Below are positions 39,301 to 51,300 of a DNA stretch of 64,000 nt, piece after piece (the first letter of the stretch is position 1; the number at the start of each line of letters is the position of its first letter). The DNA lies in NCBI RefSeq assembly GCF_963921235.1, contig NC_086108.1, positions 69,814,001-69,878,000 on the forward strand, written 5' to 3'. Below the pieces are notes generated by a model. That model saw only the letters and a program-made list of their open reading frames with translations, was not told the DNA's origin and searched no databases. A program made the translations under genes and the position numbers. This stretch comes from Mobula hypostoma (taxonomy: Eukaryota).

Positions 39301-42300
39301 AGGTCGAACTTGAAGCAGAGTACAAGATTAATGGCAGGATTTTTAGCCCTATAGAGAAAGAGAGGAATTTTGGAGTCCACATCCATGGTGGTTAAGAAGG
39401 TGTATTGGGCTTAGTTTAAGATTAAGCTCTGGAGCTGTGAGCTAATGTTGCAGGTCTATAAAACTCTGCTTAGACCACATTTGGAGTATTGTGTTCAGTC
39501 CTGGATCTGTGGAGATCTCACTGAATGGTGTAAAGTGAGGACATAGTTAAAGCATTAAACATTTTAATATTAATTTTAAAAAGAGTAATTTTAAATATAA
39601 TCCTCATTCTTCATTATTAAATGCACTTACCCACTATTAAAATGAGCAATTATTTGAGATTTGTGTTAATTCATGCAAAAAAAATAGCTGCCAGTACATA
39701 TTTTGGACTTTGGCAAGACTAACTGTACTCACTTGCTTAATGTCAGCAAAACTTAATATCTTGTAAAATGTCTTATGCATTTATGAAGTTTTTATAATAT
39801 TCATTGAAAAATTAAAACTGATTACTTATAAAATATAACATATTTGACCTTTAATTCTTACTGTCATTATTCTCATGGACAAAAGCCAGGAAGCACAATC
39901 TGTGTTTAAGTTCTCTCTTCTATACCTTTTATATGATCAAATACACAATTGTTGCTCCATATTAGATTAAGACATTAAAGTGAAAACTTGTCTTTTTCCA
40001 TTGATATTCCAAAAATAACAGGTGTTGTTAAGGTGACCAATGCTGAAATTTTTTAAACTGTTAACTTGTCCATTTGTTAAGAAGTTGTGTGCTTTAAATT
40101 ATTTTTTCATGCATGTTTGAGTTTCCCAGCATAACTTGCAATAATTTTGCCTCTGGTTTGGTATTTGTGGCTTAGGTTAAACTGTGACAGGTGAAGCTGC
40201 TGAAAAGATGGGCTTTTAAGGATTGATATCTGCGAGCTGCTTGATGTTGTCTTGAATTAAGAATCTTGGATTTTTTTCTATGAAATTTATGTTAAGTAGG
40301 TTACGTAGTCAATTTTAAATGCTTATTATTGAAGTTAATCATAGAGTCGTGCAGCATAGCCCTTCCGTCCCACTGGTCCGTACCAACTTCATATTTTCCT
40401 AAATCATCTCTGTCCCCATTCTATCCTCCTGATTTCCTCCTTCAGTACCCTCCCTTGTACTCTTTCAGGGATTCACTTGATTTCAGCTGCCTGTACTTGT
40501 CCCATATTTCATTTTTTTCTGGCCAGAGCATCAATATTCCTTGTCATCCAGAGTTCCCTACTCAAACAAGCCTTGCCATTACTCTAGTGGGGACATGCAG
40601 ACCTCTCACTATCTCACCTTGCATGTGATCCCTTTGCCTGCAAACAACCTTTCCTGTCTCACATAAAGTTTACTTAAAATCTGCACAAATCTCTCTCTCT
40701 ATCCCTGTCTCTATCCCTTTCTCTCTCTCTATCCCCCCCTCTCTCTTATCCCCCCTCTCTATCCCCCCTCTCTCTATCCCCCCTCTCTCTATCCCCCCTC
40801 TCTCTATCCCCCCCTCTCTCTATCCCCCCCTCTCTCTATCCCCCCCTCTATCCCCCTCTCTCCCCCCTCTCTCTATCCCCCCCATCCCCCCTCTATCCCC
40901 CCATCCCCCCTCTCTATCCCCCCTATCCCCCTCTCTATCCCCCCTATCCCCCTCTCTATCCCCCTCTCTATCCCCCCTCTCTATCCCCCCTCTCTCTCCC
41001 CCCTCTCTCTATCCCCCCTCTCTCTATCCCCCCTCTCTCTATCCCCCCTCTCTCTATCCCCCCTCTCTCTATCCCCCCTCGCTCTATCCCCCCTCGCTCT
41101 ATCCCCCCTCTCTATCCCCCCCTCTCTATCCCCCCTCTCTATCCCCCCTCTCTATCCCCCCCTCTCTATCCCCCCCTCTCTATCCCCCCTCTCTATCCCC
41201 CCTCTCTATCCCCCCTCTCTATCCCCCCCCCTCTATCCCCCCCCTCTATCCCCCCCCTCTATCCCCCCTCTCTATCCCCCCCTCTATCCCCCCCTCTCAT
41301 CCCCCCCTCTCATCCCCCCTCTCTATCCCCCCTCTCTATCCCCCCCTCTATCCCCCCCTCTCTACTATCCCCCCCTCTCTATCCCTCTCTCTCTCTATCC
41401 CCCTCTCTCTCTGCCCCCTCTCTATCCCCCCTATCCTTTCCTCCCTCTCTACCCCCTTCTCTCTCCCCCCTCCTCTATCCCCCTCCCCCTCCTTCTCCCC
41501 CATCCCCCTCCCCCCTCCTTCTCCTCCCTCTTTCTCCCCCCTCTCTCCCTCCCCACCCCTCTCCCCATCTATCCCCCTCTCTATCTATCCCTCCCTCTCT
41601 GTCCATCTTCTCTGCCTAGCCCCCTCCCCATTTCTCTATTGCTCTCACTCTCTCTCTTGTGCTCTATCTCACTTTCGCTCTATCACTATCTCTCTCTCTC
41701 ACTCTATCTCTATCTCTCACTCTCTCTCTCTCCTTCGCGCTTCCTCTCTCTGTTTATCGCTCGCTCACTGTTTCTCGCTCGCTCTCTTTATCACCCCCAC
41801 ACCAGGCCATAAGATACAGGAGCAGGATAAGGCTATTTGTGCCATCGGGTCTGCTCCACCATTTCATGATGGCTGATCCAATCTTCTGCCTTTTCCTCAT
41901 ATCCCTTCATGCCCTGACCAATCAAGAACCTATCAACCTCTCCCTTAAATATACATAAAGACTTGGCCTCAACAGCTGCCTCTGGCAAAGAATTCCACAG
42001 ATTCACTACTCTGTGCCAGAAGAAATTCCTCCTCATCTCCTTTCTTAAAGGACGCCTGTATATTCTGAGACTGTGTATTCTGATGTTAGACTTTCCCACC
42101 ACAGGAAACATCCTCTCAAAATCCACTTTATCAAGGCCTTTCACCTTTCAAAAGGTTTCAATGAGGTAATCCCTCATTCTTCTGAATTCTAGTGAATACA
42201 GACCCAGAGCCATCAAATGCTCTTCATATGACAAGCCATTCAATCCCAGAATCTTCTTCGTGAACCTCTTTTGTACCCTCTCCAGTTTCAGCTCATCCTT

Positions 42301-45300
42301 TCTAAGATAAGGGCCCAAAATTGTTCCTAATACTTCAAGTGAGACCTCACCAGTGCATTATAAAGTCTCAGCATTACATCCTTGCTTTTATATTCTAGTC
42401 CTCTTGAAATAAATGCTAATATTGCATTTGCCTTCCTTACCACAGACTCAACCTGCAAATTAACCTTTAGGGAATCCTGCACAAGTACTCCCAAGTCCCT
42501 TTGTTCCTCAGTCTTTTGGATTTTCTCTTCATTTAGAAAATAGTCAACCCAAGTAACCAGAGACGTCATCCTTGATCATTGACTCCAGCATATTTGCAAT
42601 CACTAAGATCAGACTAACTGGCCTATAGTTTCCTTTCTTCTGCCTCTCCCTTCTTGAAGAGTGGAGTGACATTTGCAACTTTCCAGTCTTCCAGAAATAT
42701 TCCAGAATCTAATGATTCTTGAAGGATCATTACTAATGCCTGCACAATCCCTTCAGCCACCTCTTTCAGAACTTTGGGGTGTATACCATCTGGTCCAGGT
42801 GACTTATCTACCTTTCAGTTTCCCAAGAACCCTCTTTCTAGTAATATTAACTTCACACACTTCATGGCCCCTGACATCTGGAACTTCCACCATACTGCTA
42901 ATGTCTTATACAGTGAAAACAGATGCAAAATAATTATTCAGTTTGTCTGCCATTTCCTTGTCCCCCATTACTATCTCTCCAGCATTGTATCTGAAGAAAA
43001 ATTTTGGTATCCTCTTTAATATTATTGGCTAGCTTCCTTTCGTATTCCATCTTTACCTTAATGACTTTTTTTAGTTGTCTTCTATTGGCTTTTAAAAGCT
43101 TCCCTGTTCTCTAACTACCCACTAATTTTTGATCTATTATTTGCCCTCTCTTTGGCTTTTATGTTGGCTTTGACTTCTCTTGTTAGCCACGGTTATGCCA
43201 TCTTTCCTTTAGAATACTTCTTCCTCTTTGGGATGTATATATCCTGTGCCTTCTGAATTGCTTCCAGAAGTTCCAGCCATTATCTGCCTTGCCTGTCAAC
43301 CATCTTGCATTGCACGAAATGCTCCTGGCCATTTCCCTTCCCGTCACGTCTTTTCAACTTGTTATCGCTGAATTCTGTGTCACTTTCATTTAGCTCTCTG
43401 TTGTTTGGTATCTGTTGTAGCGTGGATGAAATCACCGAAGAGACAGAGTCACTGGTAGATACAAAGCAGCTTCTTTATTCGACACAACAAGCAGCCATCA
43501 TATGGACAGAGACGCTTTCGGTAGAAAGGTCTGCTAGCCCAAAGTGGGCTGGATATTTATATGCTAAACACAAAGGCAATCACTACTTAAAAAGTTATAG
43601 ACAATGCTTCCTTTTGAAGCTACATACTAAACATCACACCTCCTGACTTCATCCTTTCCTTCCGACGCCAACATGTCTGGGTTGGTATCCACAGCCTTTA
43701 GGAATGCAAGTTAAATCCACAGTACCTTTATTTGGCATTTTATGCGCTAACATAGAAGACAATTAATATTTATAAAGTATAGATAATACTGTCCTCGAAA
43801 CTACAGCATCTGGTCAAACTACGGCACCAGAAGCATCTGCTATTCACACCTTATTAGGAAGCGAATTGTTGTGAACTCAATCCACAGTACTTTGTCAAAT
43901 AGAAGTCTGGTGGCCAGAGTCATTTAAGTGTAAATGAATCATCTACCCAAAAACTCACTCTAACAGTATCCCACATCCCATCCAATCTAGTTTAAATCAT
44001 TTGCATTTGGGTGTATTTTTAATTTTTCTCACACTTATCCCACATGACATCAAGAACTAGCAGAAAGCTCTGTATACAGCAAAACAATCAGAGCTATACA
44101 CTCTGCTTTATGGAAAATCATCACTGTACCATAACTGATCTGGTGATGAAATTGCCGCTTATGCCTTTCAGTGTTTACTAATGTTAATATTTTATTACCT
44201 TTCCATATATGTTCACTTGTAGCAAATTGTATTCATTGTGTGATTGCTAACTTGTGTTGGCGTCTGCTCCATTACCATTAATTTTAAATTCTTGTCTATG
44301 TGTTTAAATTAATTTTTTGGCCTTCTGTAATTTTCTTCAGCCTATAATCAACCAAGAATATTGCAAATATCCAGCTCTGACCTACTTCTCTCACCTCCCC
44401 ACACTGCTGTTACTTTATGGTCTCTCTTCCTTTTACAAAAGCCCTCTCTGTTGGGAGGTCTTTAAACATACATTTGCCCAGCAGATCCCCTTCTGTCATT
44501 TTTTTTCTCTCTGATAATCCTCCTGGAAAATCCTTGGGAGGTTTTAATAGTATAGATGCAAGTTACTGTTTTGTCAAAAAGAAGCTGCAGTGACAGGGAT
44601 ATGGCATTATAACATTGAACAAGCTTGTAGAGGAATTACAATACATAATGTATTCACAACAGATTGCAATAAATTTGGTCAACAGTGGTGGATTTAATAG
44701 TTTGATTATGCACAATGATTCTAAAAAACTTAAGTTCACGAAAAGGCTTGTGCATGACAAAGGTCCCTTTGATTTAGGATGAATGGAAAACAGAGTGAAC
44801 TAAATCGTTTAAAAAAAATGAATAAATAATAATAGGTGCTTGTTAGAAAAGTTTGCTCACCAGTGTGTTTAGAGAAGCTGCAAGTTTATTAAAAATAACA
44901 GTTTGATGTTATGCAACATCTTTTGCAATTCTTCTTAATTCTCACAGTTCTATACTCTACACGCGGAATGTTGCAGTCAGATGGTTTTATTTTATTTTCG
45001 GTACATGTTTTATGTGGCACTTCTGGTTGTTGGCTTAAGTTGCTAGGAGACTTGCAAATTCAAATCTGTCATTTAAATTGAAATCAGTATTGGCACGAAC
45101 ACAGAAATAGCTATATTAACTCGGTCTTATTGTGCCTGTGTTTATCCAAAGATCAGTCATTTAGGATATAGCATTACAAATTGGGACTCAGGATTTGAAT
45201 TCCTCAGTGTTAAAATTTGATCTTCAGCTGCATCTTACTTTTTGCGTTACATTTTTTCCTAGATACTAGCTGCTGACTGCTAACATCGTATGAAGTCAGA

Positions 45301-48300
45301 CAGACATTAGAGACTCTCTTTTTTTAAAAATAGAGAATGCTTTCAAGAACATTTTATAGAATTTAAATTTGTATTAAATGTTCTAGATGCTTCAGAATGA
45401 TTTTGAGCCTGGTTAATCTATTTGTAAAATAAAAATAATCTATTATTTCAATCTTACTTGGAAGTTATACTTGGTTCTTTGGTTTGACAGTTTTAAGCTG
45501 TGTTATTGCTCTTTCTGAGCTGTTAAAAGTTTCCCCCACTACCATCACCATTCCTCTACAACTGTTTGACGATATTGCTCAATAGGAAAATAACCGAAGC
45601 CCTGAGCTCAAGAAATAGTGAGATCTTGGAATTAAAATTTAGAAGAAATCATTATATAATGTCATAGACTGCAGTTTAAATATTCCATTATCAACATTAC
45701 AGAGACGGTCTTTAATTTTTGTAGTGCTAAATCTCCGGCAGTGATCTCTCACAGCAACACGGGTGGCAGTCTGAAGCGCCCAGACACCACAGAATCGTTG
45801 AACTCTTCCATGTCTAATGGAACAAATGATGCAGGTATGTTTCTGCTCAATTATGCTCATTTCTTAAATTGAGAGCAATTAGAACCTCTTCAAAGTTCAA
45901 GGACATTTATTATCAACAAATGTATAATGTATACAACCTTGAGATTCATCTTGCAGGGAGCCACAAAATAAATAAACAAAATAGAACCCGTTTTTACAAA
46001 AAAAGCACGGAACAAAGACCATCAAACACCCAATGTGCAAGAAAAAGAAGAAATCACACAAACGATAAGAATTGTACAAATAATACAGAGCATTAACGCA
46101 GAGTGAGTCCACAGCCACTCAGCCAGTTCAGCGCTGAGCCAAGTGGCGATAGTTGCAGGTCACAGCAGTAGAGTCATTTCAGTGCTGAAGTGAGTAAACG
46201 TCGCAGATTGGTGAGCTGAACATTGGTTCGTCCTTCGTCCTTATCTTTGGTGCCTTGATCAAATCGTGCAAATAGTAAAAAAATAAGTAACAAAAACACA
46301 TGGAACATGAGCTGCAGAGTCCCCAAAAGTGAGTCTATAGCTCCAGAGCCCATTCAGCCCTAAGGCAAGTAAAGCCTGTCTGGGGTTCAATGGCTGCAGG
46401 GCAACAACTGCTCCTGAATCTGGTGGTACGGGACCCAAGACTGCTGCACCTCCCACCCATAGGTTGTAACAAGAAGAGAGGGAGACCAGTCAAACACAGG
46501 CAGATGGTGCTGAACACCTGTTTGTTTCCTGCTCTTGTACTGGATGATTTTAATCATGCTCAAATCTTTCATCAGCCGACCACGGGGTCGTCTTCCATCC
46601 TGAGGCATCTATGCAGCATGCAACCCTAGCGATGGCCGACCCAGCTGTACCTGTACTGTTGAGAATCTAGTTCGCTGAATCCCCCAAGAGATCGCAAAAG
46701 TGCCAGATTGTTTAGTCAGTTCAAAAGAACATCCTTTAAAGAGAAATTATAGACTGCAAAATGTTGCTGCCGCCATCTTGGTTCGTTCATTGACTCATAA
46801 GGTCCCCAAATGATTATACATTTTGGTAAATCAGTTATATTTATTCATTCCTGGAGGAATGGTTTGAATATTTTAATCAATACACCATCTTATCAGTAGC
46901 TTTCTAATGGATGCTTGTTATAAAAGTTTTTTTGCCTAGTGTTTTGAAGCATGAGTTTTCTTAGGAAGACCCAGAAGTGCAAATCTTAGATCAATGTACG
47001 TGTTTTATTTAACTATCTGTATAGATATGTTAGCCATAAAAATACAGCTTAATTTAGTAAGTTTTCATTTTTGAGTGTAGTTTAAGGGTGTTCTATTTTA
47101 GTCCAGAATTGTCCATTTTTCTGCTGTAGGCTGCATGTAGCTACATACCAAATTATAAATACTCATGGTTTCACTGTGTGTCCATTGATTTTAGTGCTGT
47201 TCGTTGATAGTTAGTCAATAGATCGTATTTTTATACCTTGGATGATCTTCGAGTTGGGAAAGAGTTTCAAATTTTTCAGACTCTGGCAAGAATCTTCAAC
47301 TACATTAAGACTTTTTAATTTTGACACAACAATTTACAAGCTTATAGAAAAGTTTGACTAAATTCTTGTCAGCAGAATATTAGATTTATAAATAAGTAAC
47401 ATTTCAAAGGGTGAAGTTTTTTGCCATTTTTCAACATTTTGAGCTTTAGCATTAAACAGAAGTTCATCTTGAAGCTAATATGAATGCGATCATATACAAC
47501 ATATGAGATTCCTAAATGCTTCCTGTCATTCCTAGAGTTGTTTGATACGCATGATGAGAGAGATGATGAGGGGGAAGGAGAATCTGTGGAAGAGCATAAG
47601 AGTGTCATCATGCATCTCCTATCCCAAGTCCGACTGGGAATGGATCTGACAAAGGTAAGAATGGCGGCCAATTTTGTTTGAATATTCTGATAAATCTCCA
47701 TTGGTTTGCCTTTCTTTAAAATTAAAAGTTTTTTAAAAATCGCTATTTAATTTGTCTTGTTCATTTGATTAGCGGCATTCAAATTATAAGTTTGGTTGTA
47801 TTTTAAGTCAGGTTCAGCGTTTTTTGTGTTGAACCTTTAAAACAATTGGAATCAATATATGTGTGTTTGAATATTAGAAATATTAAGGTAATTTGAGCCT
47901 TTTAGGTTCTCATCCTTGGTAGGCACTTTGTTGTTTAGTTCTACTGCTTTGGATGCCCTATACAAATCAACAATTAATTCTGAAAATAAGTAGTATGACT
48001 TTTTGTGCCAGTTAATGTAAAACAAAATGCTGATCCTCTTGCAGGTGGTGCTTCCCACTTTTATTTTGGAAAGGCGGTCTTTGTTAGAAATGTATGCAGA
48101 CTTCTTTGCACATCCAGATTTATTTGTAAGGTAAATAACTTCTTAACTTATAAATCTAGAATTACTGGAAAACCTAGAAATATTATGATGCTGATAAATT
48201 CAAATGTAACGTAGGATTAACATACACATATAGTTTAAAGAAATTTCTTCAGGATTGTTTCCATTATAACCATTTCATCTGCATGACATCACAGTAAAGA

Positions 48301-51300
48301 TGCTGCCCTTGAGTGATTTTTGGAGTGATGAAGTTGAAAGCTGTATGATGAAAACGTCCAGAAACGGCCACGGATTTCATAGTCATAGTCATACTTTATT
48401 GATCCCGGGGGAAATTGGTTTTCATTACAGTTGCACCATAAATAATAAATAGAATAGTTAAATAGTAATATGTAAATTATGCCAGTAAATTATGAAATAA
48501 GTCCAGGACCAGCCTATTGGCTCAGGGTGTCTGACCCTCTAAGGAAGGAGTTGTAAAGTTTGATGGCCACAGGCAGGAATGACTTCCTATGACGCTCTGT
48601 GTTGCATCTCGGTAGAATGAGTCTCTGGCTAAATGTACTCCTGTGCCCAACCAGTACATTATGTAGTGGATGGGAGACGTTGACCAAGATGACATGCAAC
48701 TTAGACAGCAAACTATTCTCAAGTGCAGCTTGCAGTATTTTACTTGAGGATGGAAAATAAAACAGAGATATTGTTGACACAGAAACTAAAGATACTGTAT
48801 TCTGGAGCAAAGAAAGACAAACTGCTGGAGGAACTCAGTGTGTCAAGCAGCTTCTGCAGAGACAAAGAGATGGTCAACGTTTCGGGCTAAGGCCCTGCAT
48901 CAGGACTGAGTTTAGAGGGGAAGATAGCCGGTGTAAAGAGGCGAGAGGGCCATCTGAGGCAGAAGCTGACAAGCAGTAGGAGGAACCAATGGAGCCATTT
49001 GAGTGAGAGGAGGGCATTGGAAAGGGAGGGTCAAGGTGGAGACAGTGGTTGGAAGGTGGTAAGTAGAGACAGGAGCACTGCAAATCCTGGAATCTGATAA
49101 CTAAGGTGATAAGCTGAGCTAGGTAAGGGAAGGGTGGTGAGCAGATGAATTATGTGGGGGAGAGGATAGGATGTAAATTGTGTGGGTGATGGTCAGATGC
49201 AACCATGTGGAGGAGGTGATGAGAAGCTGGGTGGATAACAAAACAAGAAAGGTGCACAGGAGGTGTGGTTTTTGTGGCAGTTGTACACTCTTGGGATGTG
49301 TGCAGAATTAGTATATTGACCTTGAAATTATTTTGTGTGGTGCCATGATTTTCTGCAAGAGGCTAAAAAAAAATAAGTTTAAAAAAAAAACAAACTCCAA
49401 ACGTGATTAGGTACTTCTCATTTTGTTCTCATAAGGCACAAAACTTGTTGTGGGCTCTCCATGTATAAACTTGCACAAATTTGTAAGGTGGATGTTTGGC
49501 CCAAAATGGTGTTGCTCTGTCATGCAGAAGCAAGACTTTGCAGGACAGCTGAGGACAGTTTTAGTCCAAAGAAGGGATGGTAACCAGGTCAATACAAGGT
49601 TCTCTTCCCAGCAGGTTTTTTGTTCCTGTCACCTACAAGATCCCCTACTACTGGTCCTTTGATCATGTCTCAAATCCTCTTCACTCCCCTCAATTCCTGA
49701 TCTTTCACAGGACCACCTCAATGCATGGGCCCCTCCAGAACAACTTGTAAATCCTATCCATGAACCTTCAGATTATTATAGCACAGAGAGAAGCTATTTG
49801 GTCTATTTGAGTCTGTGCCAGCTCCTTAAGAAGCAATCTTTTGAGCTCTATTATTTTGCTCTTGTAATCCAGCAAGTTATTTTCCCTCAAATGCCAATCC
49901 CTGTCAAAGGCCAGGATTAATTCTTTCTATCTCTCATGTGAGTAGTGAGGTCCAGATCATAGTTTAAAACACCTAGGGTAGACTGTTTCCTCATGCTATC
50001 CTTTCAGGTCATGGAGGCACAAAGAGACAGCAATACTGGAGCCTGGAACTGAAAACAAACTGTGGGTCAAGAGATCATTGTCTTCTTTGGTTGAGACTGA
50101 ATATCCCGATGAAGGGTTTCAACCTGAATATTGACCATCTCTTTGCCTCCACAGATGCTGCTTGACACCAAAGTTCTCCAAGCAGTTTGTTTCTTACTTT
50201 TATGACTTTGTCTCTCTGTGCCCCTAATAAATCCTCCCCCCGTCCATCCTTAATCTAACTGTTAATATCATCAGCGTCTTTCTACTTGCCATATCTGAAT
50301 GGTTTATTGGCATATGTTTAAAATTTTAAAAAATGGAAGAGGTGCTTCAGGTTAAATCAAATGACATTTACTAACATTGAGAATTGTGCACAGTATAGAA
50401 TAAAGCTGGTCTTTTAAATGTTTTTCTCTTGGCTTTATTTGTTTAATCTACAAATTGAATAATTTACTGAAATACTTTCTTTAAAAAGTATTGTAGACCA
50501 AACTGACCCAAGGGACCGAATGGTGCAGGTTGTCAAATGGTATCTCTCAGCCTTTCACGCTGGCCGCAAAGGATCGGTAGCCAAGAAACCATACAATCCT
50601 ATTCTTGGAGAGATTTTTAAATGTCATTGGATAGTACCTGAGATTGAAATTGAAGAAAATGCAGTAAGTTGCTTTTTTCTCTGATAATTTTCTTATAAGG
50701 ATTCTTGTCCCATTTTTGTTTGGTCCCACAAGAATTTTCAGAAGCAATGTAAAACTTAGTTGCAAAGCCATCATTTGCACGTAGCATCAGATAAACAACA
50801 TTCACAAGAAAACATCAATAATACAAGGAAGAACATAATCAGAACAAAAAAAAAACATCAATTGTAGTTGAAATGGTCATAGTGTTGCTATACTGAGATA
50901 GTGATTGGGGATTGCAGGTTGGATTAAGAACCGAATGTTTGAAAGGAAGAAGCTATTCTTGAACTTGGTAGCATGGGAATTCCATCTTCTGTATCTCCTG
51001 ATCAATGATAGCCACAAAAGATGGCGTTATCGCTCAGAGATTTAAATCTGTTGTCTTTCACTGATCCATCAATGTAGACTGGCACGTTTGCTTTCCTCCC
51101 CTTCCTGAAGTCAACCATCAGTTTTTCACTTCTGCAACATTGAGTGATAGGTATTGTTACAGCACCACTCAGCCAGGTGTGTTATCTTGCTCCTCTTTGC
51201 TGACTCTTTACAACCTACCTAGCTGCACATGGTCAGCCAAAGAGCCTGTTTCTATATTCTACAACTCTAAGATTACACTGTTTAAATAATGTGTACATAA

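Noticed and set aside
40690..41790. CRISPR-like array
   Set aside because: Low-complexity tandem repeat with no unique spacers, in a vertebrate intron, with no cas genes.
48290..48370. Possible C/D-box snoRNA (TGATGA motifs)
   Set aside because: No matching D box with a terminal stem could be identified.
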